Below are positions 27,326-34,180 of a stretch of DNA of 40,368 bases, in pieces. Under the pieces are notes generated by a model. The model was not told where the DNA came from, did no database searches, and was given only the letters and a program-made list of their open reading frames with translations. Both the position numbers and the translations under genes were made by a program. The first letter of the stretch is position 1. Each line of letters begins with the position of its first letter. This DNA comes from a virus (lineage: Duplodnaviria; Caudoviricetes): positions 1 through 40,368 of the IMG/VR virus record IMGVR_UViG_3300009095_000031; one strand, given 5' to 3'.

Positions 27326-27365
27326 AACGGTCGCACTACCGCCGGTAGAGGCGGGCCGCTACGGT
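27324..27365 (+). promoter_or_regulatory. Candidate late promoter (lysis operon) with embedded operator at 27336-27348
   Basis: GAAACGGTCGCACTACCGC identical to 2071-2089; CTACCGCCGGTAG; -10-like TACGGT at 27360-27365. Confidence 0.65.
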
Positions 27366-27466
27366 GTGGGCTGGTCCGAACCGCCCGCGACGGAGCCCCG
27401 CGCCATGAAGCCAACCCCCCTGGCCTACGCCATCCGCCTGGTCATCGTGGCCATGGTGCGCGAGCC

Positions 27467-27982
27467 GTGAGCGACCGCTGCCGCGCAATCCTCGAGGGCC
27501 CGATGGCCAAGGCCTACGCGCTACTGCCGCCGAAGATGCGCAGCGACCGGGCCGACGTGATGCTGCTGGCCATTGGCCTTCAGGAGTCCCGCCTGCGCTA
27601 CCGGGCCCAGCTCGGCGGCGGCCCAGCCCGTGGCCTGTGGCAGTTCGAACGCGGCACGCGCGCGAGCCGCGGCGGCGTGTGGGGCGTCTACCTGCACGCG
27701 GCCAGCCGCGACCACCTGCGCGACCTGTGCGAGGCGCGCGGCGTCGAATACGCGCCCGATCCCATCTACCGGACCCTCGAGCGCGACGACGTGCTGGCCG
27801 CCGGTGTCGCGCGCCTCCTGCTGTGGACCGACGCGAAGGCCCTGCCCGAGCTGGGCGACTGGGCCGAGGCTTGGGACCTGTACGCCAGGCGCGCATGGCG
27901 CCCCGGAAAGCCGCACCCTGACACCTGGGGCGGGTTCTACGCCGAGGCGCTGGGCACCGTGGCCGAGGCGCGCTGCGCGTGA
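27467..27982 (+). CDS. Endolysin, lysozyme-like fold
   Basis: LLAIGLQES (catalytic Glu-like), GPARGLWQFE; heads a cassette of membrane proteins and spanins. Confidence 0.75.
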   Translation: MSDRCRAILEGPMAKAYALLPPKMRSDRADVMLLAIGLQESRLRYRAQLGGGPARGLWQFERGTRASRGGVWGVYLHAASRDHLRDLCEARGVEYAPDPIYRTLERDDVLAAGVARLLLWTDAKALPELGDWAEAWDLYARRAWRPGKPHPDTWGGFYAEALGTVAEARCA

Positions 27983-28422
27983 GCGTGGAGCCCACGACCG
28001 CCGCGCAGATCTTCACCGGGTTGACCGCCGCGGCCGTCACCGTGGTGCCCGTCGGCGGCGAGGTGTGGCTTGGCATCCCGTCCGACGTGCTGCTGGCCGC
28101 GAGCGCCGGCGCGCTGTTCGGCCTGGCCTACACCAGCCCCGACACCTGGCGCCGATTCATGGCCCTGCCGGAAGGCAGCGCCACGCACCGCGCCGTGTTC
28201 GTCGCGCTGCGCTCCCTCGGGCTCCTTTTCACGCTGGCGTGCAATGCGCTGCTGGCAGGATGGGCTGTCGAAATCCTGCCGCACCTGCCCATGGCCTCAT
28301 GGACCGCCAAAATCGCCCCGCAGCCCATGGCTGGCGTGCTCGCCTTCGCCGGGCAGTTCACCATCCCCAAGGCCATCCGCGCCATCGAGGAATGGCGCGC
28401 ACCGTGGAGCAAGGCGAAATGA
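27979..28422 (+). CDS. Holin-like membrane protein
   Basis: Several hydrophobic segments; lysis cassette. Confidence 0.6.
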   Translation: MSVEPTTAAQIFTGLTAAAVTVVPVGGEVWLGIPSDVLLAASAGALFGLAYTSPDTWRRFMALPEGSATHRAVFVALRSLGLLFTLACNALLAGWAVEILPHLPMASWTAKIAPQPMAGVLAFAGQFTIPKAIRAIEEWRAPWSKAK

Positions 28423-28682
28423 CCGCGCCCGACCTCGCGCTGCACATTCTGGCCGCGGGCGTCCTGTTCGGCGTCATCACCCGGCTGGCGAAGGTGCCCT
28501 GTGACCACGGCCCGCTGGGCTCGCGCGTGCGGTGGAACCTGTGGGTTCTGGGCCAGGTGCTCATCGGCGTGGGCGCCATCGCCATGCTCATGGGCCACCT
28601 GCCGCTGGCCGCCGGCTTCCTCCTGGCCGGCATCGCCCTGCACTATTCAGTGCGGCTGGGCCGTCGGAGCGGCGACCGATGA
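28419..28682 (+). CDS. Holin/antiholin-like membrane protein (87 aa)
   Basis: ATG 28419; three hydrophobic segments, basic C-terminus. Confidence 0.6.
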   Translation: MTAPDLALHILAAGVLFGVITRLAKVPCDHGPLGSRVRWNLWVLGQVLIGVGAIAMLMGHLPLAAGFLLAGIALHYSVRLGRRSGDR

Positions 28683-29164
28683 TTTCCGGGGCCCTGTCCC
28701 TGCTGCGCGGCGCCTGGAACCTGGCCGGCCGCGCGATGAAGGGCGCCGGCGACTGGCTGCGCCAGCCCCGCGACTGGTGGCGCGTGGTGTCCGTCTGCTT
28801 GGCTGTGGTGTGCATCGGCTTCGCATTTTCGGCGAGTGACGCCAAGCGCCAAGTGGTGCTGGTGACCGAGCAATGCCAGACCCGGGTGCTGACCATCGAG
28901 CGCGAGGCCGACCAGGCCGTGACCGCCGCGACCACCACCCGCCGCTCCCTGCAGCAATGCCAGACCCGCCTCACCGAGGAGGTGGGCAAGGCCACCCGAG
29001 CCCGGGAGCTCGAGCGCGAGGCTACGGCCGCGGCTGCTGCTACCGCAGCGCAGGCCGAGCGCGACCGGGCCACGTGGCAGCAGACCTACCGCGCCCGCCC
29101 CGCCACCTGCCAGGCCGCCCTCACGGCCATGGAGGCCGCATGCCCCACGCTGTCCGAGTATTAG
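28679..29164 (+). CDS. Inner-membrane spanin (Rz-like)
   Basis: N-proximal TM, periplasmic coiled coil with Cys; overlaps lipoprotein gene. Confidence 0.75.
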   Translation: MISGALSLLRGAWNLAGRAMKGAGDWLRQPRDWWRVVSVCLAVVCIGFAFSASDAKRQVVLVTEQCQTRVLTIEREADQAVTAATTTRRSLQQCQTRLTEEVGKATRARELEREATAAAAATAAQAERDRATWQQTYRARPATCQAALTAMEAACPTLSEY

Positions 29165-29445
29165 GAACCGCCGCGGCCCTGCTGGCGCTGGCCGGCTGCG
29201 CGTCGACCGACAAGCGCCCCATCCCGCCGGCCGTCGAGGTGGTGGAAATCCCGGTGAGCCGCTACGTCGAGGTGTCGACCGCCGTGCGCAAGCTGCTGGG
29301 GCCCTGCCCCATCGCCGTGGGCCCGCTGCGCGACGTGGTGGAGGTCGCGCGCCTGCGCCGCGAGCAGCTGGAAGCGTGCAACGGCGACAAGGCGGCCGTG
29401 CTCGAGCTGCTGGACAAGGCCGAGGCCGAGAACAAGGCGCGATAG
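29140..29445 (+). CDS. Outer-membrane spanin lipoprotein (Rz1-like)
   Basis: GGAGG SD at 29131; lipobox LALAGC; LL.PCP, L..CN.D. Confidence 0.8.
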   Translation: MPHAVRVLGTAAALLALAGCASTDKRPIPPAVEVVEIPVSRYVEVSTAVRKLLGPCPIAVGPLRDVVEVARLRREQLEACNGDKAAVLELLDKAEAENKAR

Positions 29446-29458
29446 CTGCTACTCGCAC

Positions 29459-29487
29459 TTGCATTCAAATACTACCGCTGGTAGTGT
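29459..29487 (+). promoter_or_regulatory. Sigma70-like promoter TTGCAT-N17-TAGTGT with operator CTACCGCTGGTAG (29472-29484)
   Basis: Read directly; upstream of the methyltransferase. Confidence 0.75.
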
Positions 29488-29514
29488 GGTCACAACGCCA
29501 AAGAGGAGGCGAGC

Positions 29515-30648
29515 GTGGCCAGTTACTACAACGAATTCGACCCCTACGCAGCCCAGTGGCTGCGGAACCTCATCGGGTCGGGACTGATCCCATCGGGGGA
29601 AGTGGATGAACGATCAATTGTCGATGTTTCTCCCGGCGACCTCGCCGGATTCACCCAGTGCCATTTCTTCGCCGGGCTCGGAGGATGGGGACTCGCCGCA
29701 CGCCTCGCCGGCTGGCCCGACGACCGGGAGCTGTGGACCGGCTCGCCCCCGTGCCAGCCGTTCAGCGTCGCCGGCCAAGGCAAAGCCCAGGCTGACGATA
29801 GGCACCTGTGGCCCCACTATTTTCGGCTCGCCAGTGCCAGACGGCCCGCTGTCCTCATGGGAGAACAGGTTGCGGCGGCGGTTGGCAAGGACTGGCTCGA
29901 CGGAGTGTTCACTGACCTGGAAGGTATCGGCTACGCCTGCGGGGCGGCCGTTGTCCCGGCTTGTGCCGTCGACGCGCCCCATCGACGCGACCGCCTGTGG
30001 TTTGTGGCCCACGCCGACGACGCGGGACCACAAGGACAGCATCGGCATGTCCTTCGCGCCGAGGAAGGACGGGGCCAGCCGGCTGGACCTGCTGCCGAGG
30101 CAGGTTTACTGGATTGCGCAGAACACGCCGGCCGCGCTGTGGGGGACGCCACTGGCGCAACAGGCGAACGGCGAACCGGAGCAGTTCCTTCAGAGGAGGC
30201 GGGACAGCATCGCTCGGGGCAACTCAATGGGAGTGAGCCTGTCGGACTTGAATATGCAGGTCAAGGCAGCGACCGCGCTGGCGTGCTGGCCGACGCCGAC
30301 TGCGCTGAGTCCGAACGCAGCCAGGGGGACGGGCCAGTGCCCGCACAAGTGGAAGGCTGGCGGGCATCAAGTGAACCTTATGGATGCGGTCACCGTTCAT
30401 CGTGGGACGGAGCTGGATGGATCACCGGATGGGACGGAAAAGCCAGGCGCGTTGAACCCGGCATTCGTCTGCTGGCTCATGGGGTTTCCGGTCGAATGGC
30501 TGTTCGCCGCACCGTCGGACAAGGCGCAGCCGCGCACGAAGAAGAGCACTGGTACAACCGAATCGGAGCCGTCCGGGCCTTCGGCAATGCCATCGTCCCG
30601 CAAGTCGCGGCGGAAGTGATTGGGGCATTCATGGACTGCCGGCCGTGA
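29515..30648 (+). CDS. DNA (cytosine-5) methyltransferase, alpha polypeptide
   Basis: FFAGLGG (I), GSPPCQPFS (IV), GEQV (VI), H.R.R (VIII), GNAIVPQVA (X). Confidence 0.9.
   Translation: MASYYNEFDPYAAQWLRNLIGSGLIPSGEVDERSIVDVSPGDLAGFTQCHFFAGLGGWGLAARLAGWPDDRELWTGSPPCQPFSVAGQGKAQADDRHLWPHYFRLASARRPAVLMGEQVAAAVGKDWLDGVFTDLEGIGYACGAAVVPACAVDAPHRRDRLWFVAHADDAGPQGQHRHVLRAEEGRGQPAGPAAEAGLLDCAEHAGRAVGDATGATGERRTGAVPSEEAGQHRSGQLNGSEPVGLEYAGQGSDRAGVLADADCAESERSQGDGPVPAQVEGWRASSEPYGCGHRSSWDGAGWITGWDGKARRVEPGIRLLAHGVSGRMAVRRTVGQGAAAHEEEHWYNRIGAVRAFGNAIVPQVAAEVIGAFMDCRP
29606..30619 (+). CDS. Overlapping alternate-frame methyltransferase beta polypeptide
   Basis: WPTP/WGTP repeats and LNPAFVCWLMGFPVEW (motif IX-like) exactly where the alpha frame loses protein-like character. 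Confidence 0.75.
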   Translation: MNDQLSMFLPATSPDSPSAISSPGSEDGDSPHASPAGPTTGSCGPARPRASRSASPAKAKPRLTIGTCGPTIFGSPVPDGPLSSWENRLRRRLARTGSTECSLTWKVSATPAGRPLSRLVPSTRPIDATACGLWPTPTTRDHKDSIGMSFAPRKDGASRLDLLPRQVYWIAQNTPAALWGTPLAQQANGEPEQFLQRRRDSIARGNSMGVSLSDLNMQVKAATALACWPTPTALSPNAARGTGQCPHKWKAGGHQVNLMDAVTVHRGTELDGSPDGTEKPGALNPAFVCWLMGFPVEWLFAAPSDKAQPRTKKSTGTTESEPSGPSAMPSSRKSRRK

Positions 30649-30992
30649 GCGGTCCCTGTGCGAAACAGCAGGTGACCGCCACCCTGGTGGCCAGCGACGG
30701 CGCCCGATTCGTCGGGCGCAATGACTGCCGCCTGCCGCAGCGCACATGCCCGCGCGGCGAAATGCCTCACGGCGTCGGCTACCACCTGTGCCGCGAGGTT
30801 TGCGACCAGCCCGCACATGCGGAGGTGGGCGCGATCCGGCAGGCCGGGGGAGGCGCGGTCGGCGCCACCATCTACGTGGAGGGACACGACAAGGCATGCT
30901 CCGATTGCTCGCTGGCCGCATGGATGGTGGGCGCCAGCATCGTGATGGGCCCGCCGCCCGGTAGTGGCCCACTACTACCCGTGGTAGATTGA
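30645..30992 (+). CDS. dCMP/cytidine deaminase-like protein
   Basis: CAKQQV.A, HAE..A, ACSDC zinc motif. Confidence 0.8.
   Translation: MSGPCAKQQVTATLVASDGARFVGRNDCRLPQRTCPRGEMPHGVGYHLCREVCDQPAHAEVGAIRQAGGGAVGATIYVEGHDKACSDCSLAAWMVGASIVMGPPPGSGPLLPVVD
30975..30987. promoter_or_regulatory. Operator CTACCCGTGGTAG upstream of terminase small subunit
   Basis: Perfect match to CTACC-N3-GGTAG. Confidence 0.65.
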
Positions 30993-31022
30993 CCACAACC
31001 CGCAACGGATCAAGCCCGCAAC

Positions 31023-31721
31023 ATGACCGAGCCCCGCAAGCCGAGGAAGCGAGCCGCCAAGAAAGCGGCCAAGAAAGCCCCGGCACCGACCCGAAACCGG
31101 ACCAATGGCAAAGTGCGCGGGGCTACTGGCCGCCGGGAAACGAGCCACGTCGACGTGCTGGCCGGCATCAAGCAAGGCGAGGCCCTGAAGCTGCGCACCC
31201 GCGGGCTGACCTTCCGGGAAATCGCGGCCAAGCTCGACGTGGACGTGGCCACCGCCCACCGCTACGTGAAGGCCGGGCTGGTGGAGCTGGCCGACCAGAC
31301 TCGGGAAACAAGCCGCCACCTGCGCGCGCTCGAGCTGGCCCGACTGGACGAGCTGCTGGTGAAGGTGTGGCCGTTCGCCACCGGCGACCTGGGGCCGCTG
31401 GTGCGGGAGCTCGAGGCCCGCCAGGCAGACCTCGCCGAGCTGGACCCGAAGGCGGCGAAAAGCAGCCTGGTGGCGAAGCTCCTCGAGGCGTTCGTGGACG
31501 GCATCCCGCAGGACGACTACCTGAAACGCGCGCTGGACATCATCAAGACCCGCAGCCGCCTGCTGGGCCTCGAGGCGCCGGTGAAGCACGCTCACACCGA
31601 CCCGACCGGCGAGGAGGAGCGCGCCGTGCCGGTGGCGTTCCCGGTGCCGCCGCAGCTGGATCCGGCGGCGTGGCAGGCGTTCGCGGCGAAGGCGGTGAAG
31701 GAGGCGCAAGGCGATGGTTGA
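31023..31721 (+). CDS. Terminase small subunit (putative)
   Basis: ALKLR..GLTFREIAAKL HTH; LELARLD.L; R.RLLGLEAP.K..HT..G. Confidence 0.75.
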   Translation: MTEPRKPRKRAAKKAAKKAPAPTRNRTNGKVRGATGRRETSHVDVLAGIKQGEALKLRTRGLTFREIAAKLDVDVATAHRYVKAGLVELADQTRETSRHLRALELARLDELLVKVWPFATGDLGPLVRELEARQADLAELDPKAAKSSLVAKLLEAFVDGIPQDDYLKRALDIIKTRSRLLGLEAPVKHAHTDPTGEEERAVPVAFPVPPQLDPAAWQAFAAKAVKEAQGDG

Positions 31722-31950
31722 GCTCTACGTCATCCCCAGCAGGGGCGTGGCCGACATTCCCGAGCAGCTGCGGAACATCGCCGTGGCCATCGAGGCAGGC
31801 GAGTACGGCGAAGTGCGCGAGGGCGCGCTGGTGCTGAACGGCGACAGATTCGACGTGTTCGGCATCGGCAGCCCCGCCGATGGGACGGTCGCGCACTACC
31901 TGCTGGCACGCGGCCAGCGCAAGCTAGAAATGGTGGTGACCGATGGCTGA
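31714..31950 (+). CDS. Hypothetical protein (78 aa)
   Basis: DIPEQLRNIA..IEAGEYG; overlapping junctions. Confidence 0.7.
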   Translation: MVELYVIPSRGVADIPEQLRNIAVAIEAGEYGEVREGALVLNGDRFDVFGIGSPADGTVAHYLLARGQRKLEMVVTDG

Positions 31951-32131
31951 CGCTCCGCGCCAGTGCACCACATGCCGCTGGTGGCTGCGCAATCCGCACA
32001 CGGTGACGGTGGGCGAGTGCCGGCGGATGCCGCCGCACCCGGCCGACAATATGATGGACCCCCGCTGGTGGCCGACGACGCGCCGCCATGACTGGTGCGG
32101 CGAGCACCAGGAGGCGCAGGGCGATGCGTGA
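31943..32131 (+). CDS. Small Cys-rich protein (62 aa)
   Basis: C..C.WW...GECRR.PP...WP.T...DWCGEH. Confidence 0.7.
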   Translation: MADAPRQCTTCRWWLRNPHTVTVGECRRMPPHPADNMMDPRWWPTTRRHDWCGEHQEAQGDA

Positions 32132-32420
32132 CTGGCACCCCATCGAAACCGCCCCCAAGGATAGGTGGGTGCTGGTGTGGAGCTCCGACAGCGGCGTGGA
32201 TGTCTCCTACTGGCGGGCCCCGCCCTATTCCCCGGGATGGTATGGCGGACTTGACGGGTACGGCGACCCCCAGCTGCTGGCCGGCGTGACCCACTGGATG
32301 CTGCTGCCGGATCCGCCCCCCATGTTTGAGCCCGGAGGGTTTCGCGCTGCTGGCGAGGTGGGCCTGCGCGACGGCGAAGTGGCTGTGGTGCTAGCCCCTG
32401 GGCGCAAGCTCGATGGCTGA
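32124..32420 (+). CDS. DUF551-like protein
   Basis: W.PIETAPKD..VLVW...VTHWM.LP.PP. Confidence 0.8.
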   Translation: MRDWHPIETAPKDRWVLVWSSDSGVDVSYWRAPPYSPGWYGGLDGYGDPQLLAGVTHWMLLPDPPPMFEPGGFRAAGEVGLRDGEVAVVLAPGRKLDG

Positions 32421-32685
32421 CGCCAACCTGCTGCTGGAATGCCCCGACGCGCCCGTGTGGACGCAGGCCGAGCTCGACGCCACGGGGCGGGAGCTGGCCA
32501 TCGGCTGCACCTTCCAGGGTTTCCTCGAGCCCGCCCATGGCGACGAGCGCACACAGCACCGACGCCGGTGGCGCGGGAAGCGCATCAGCGTGAGGCGCCG
32601 GATCCCCGACGACCTCGCCGGGCGGATGATGGCCCCGCTCATCGCGTACGCCATCCGCATGCTGTGGCGGGCCGGTCGCTGGTGA
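32413..32685 (+). CDS. Hypothetical protein (90 aa)
   Basis: Overlapping start/stop junctions with both neighbours. Confidence 0.55.
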   Translation: MADANLLLECPDAPVWTQAELDATGRELAIGCTFQGFLEPAHGDERTQHRRRWRGKRISVRRRIPDDLAGRMMAPLIAYAIRMLWRAGRW

Positions 32686-34178
32686 ACGCCGTACTGGCCG
32701 ACCACCGGCCGGCCGACGTGCCGCTGGACCTGTCGGTGGCACCCTCACTGCGCCCGGTATGGGTGCCGAACGCCGGCCCGCAAACCCTGCTGGTCACCTG
32801 CCCCTTGTGGGACGTGCTCTACGGCGGCGCGCGAGGCGGCGGGAAAACCGACGGCCTGCTGGGCGACTTCATCGGGTTTTCCATATTCATCGACCAGGTG
32901 AACCGTGGCTTGGCCACCTGGGCGGGCACGACACTGCGCCGCGAGGCCCACGCCAGAGGCCTGTTCGTGCGCCGCACATACGACGAGCTGGACGAGGCAG
33001 TGGCGCGCAGCCACGAAATGCTCGAGCCCCTGGGTGCGCGCTGGCGCCCGTCGAAATACACCTGGGCCCTGCCGTGGGGCGGGTTCCTGAAAATGCGCTA
33101 CCTGGCGCGCGACGCCGACGCAAGCCGCTACCAGGGACACAGCTACAACTGGCTGGGCGTGGACGAGGCCGGCAACTTCGCCAGCCCCGACCCCATCAAG
33201 AAACTGACCGCGACCCTGCGCGACCGCAACGGCGTGCCTGCGCGCAAGCGTATGTCCGCGAACCCGGGCGGCCCAGGTCACGGCTGGCTCAAGGCCGATT
33301 ATGTAGACCCGGCCGCGCCGTTCGTGCCGCACGTCGACCCCGACACCGGCCTGCCCCGCGTCTACATTCCCAGCCGGCTGCAGGACAACCCGGCGCTGAC
33401 CGAGAACGACCCGGGCTACATCACCCGCCTGCGCGGATCCGGCCCGGCGTGGCTGGTGCAGGCGTGGCTGAACGGCGACTGGAATGCGGCGCCCGAGGGC
33501 GGCATCATCCGCGCCGTGTGGCTGCAGAACCACTACGCCGTTCTGCCCGAGGAGCCCGAGGCGTTCATGCGGGTGCACAGCTGGGACACGGCCTACAAGG
33601 CCGACCAGCACAATGACCCCAGCGTGCTGACCAGCTGGGTGTGCGCCGCCGGCGACGTGCGCAAGCCGCCAGGGTTCTACCTGGCCGACCTGTTCCGCGA
33701 GCGCATGCCCTACCCGGACCTGCGCCGGCGCGTGATTGAGTTCGCCGAGCGGGACAAGCCGCACGCCATCCTGGTGGAAGACAAGGCCAGCGGCCAGTCG
33801 CTGCTGCAGGACCTGGGCGCCAGCACCATGCTGCCGCTGATCCCGGTGGAGCCCGACGGCGACAAGGTGACCCGCGCCCTTCGCGTGACCCCGCTCATGG
33901 AGGCTGGGCGCATGTTCCTGCCGGCGCGCGCCCCGTGGCTGCTGGATTACGAGCTCGAGCTGACCATGTTCCCGACCAAGGGCGTGCACGACGACCAAGT
34001 GGACAGCACCACCCAGGCGCTCGACTGGATGGCCAGGCACGCTGCCCACGGCTACGCCTACGCCAGCAGCGGCCAGACCCGGCAATCCGCCGCAGCCCCC
34101 GGTGGCGGTCGCACTACCGAGGGTGGCAGTGGCTGGGGCACAGTAGGCAGCGGCACCGACACCAGCGGATTCATGTAG
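32682..34178 (+). CDS. terL: Terminase large subunit
   Basis: Start re-called at GTG 32682; Walker A GGARGGGKT, Walker B LGVDEAG, ANPGG.GH.W, SWDTA, EDKASG, HDDQVDS. Confidence 0.95.
   Translation: MNAVLADHRPADVPLDLSVAPSLRPVWVPNAGPQTLLVTCPLWDVLYGGARGGGKTDGLLGDFIGFSIFIDQVNRGLATWAGTTLRREAHARGLFVRRTYDELDEAVARSHEMLEPLGARWRPSKYTWALPWGGFLKMRYLARDADASRYQGHSYNWLGVDEAGNFASPDPIKKLTATLRDRNGVPARKRMSANPGGPGHGWLKADYVDPAAPFVPHVDPDTGLPRVYIPSRLQDNPALTENDPGYITRLRGSGPAWLVQAWLNGDWNAAPEGGIIRAVWLQNHYAVLPEEPEAFMRVHSWDTAYKADQHNDPSVLTSWVCAAGDVRKPPGFYLADLFRERMPYPDLRRRVIEFAERDKPHAILVEDKASGQSLLQDLGASTMLPLIPVEPDGDKVTRALRVTPLMEAGRMFLPARAPWLLDYELELTMFPTKGVHDDQVDSTTQALDWMARHAAHGYAYASSGQTRQSAAAPGGGRTTEGGSGWGTVGSGTDTSGFM
34106..34144 (+). 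promoter_or_regulatory. Candidate late promoter inside the terL 3' end, upstream of portal
   Basis: CGGTCGCACTACCG at 34106-34119 and CACAGT at 34139-34144, same layout as 2071 and 27324. Confidence 0.55.
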
Positions 34179-34180
34179 CC

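Noticed and set aside
31885-31900. ACGGTCGCGCACTACC resembling the late-promoter box
   Set aside because: Two-base insertion, inside a coding region, and no matching -10-like hexamer at the expected spacing
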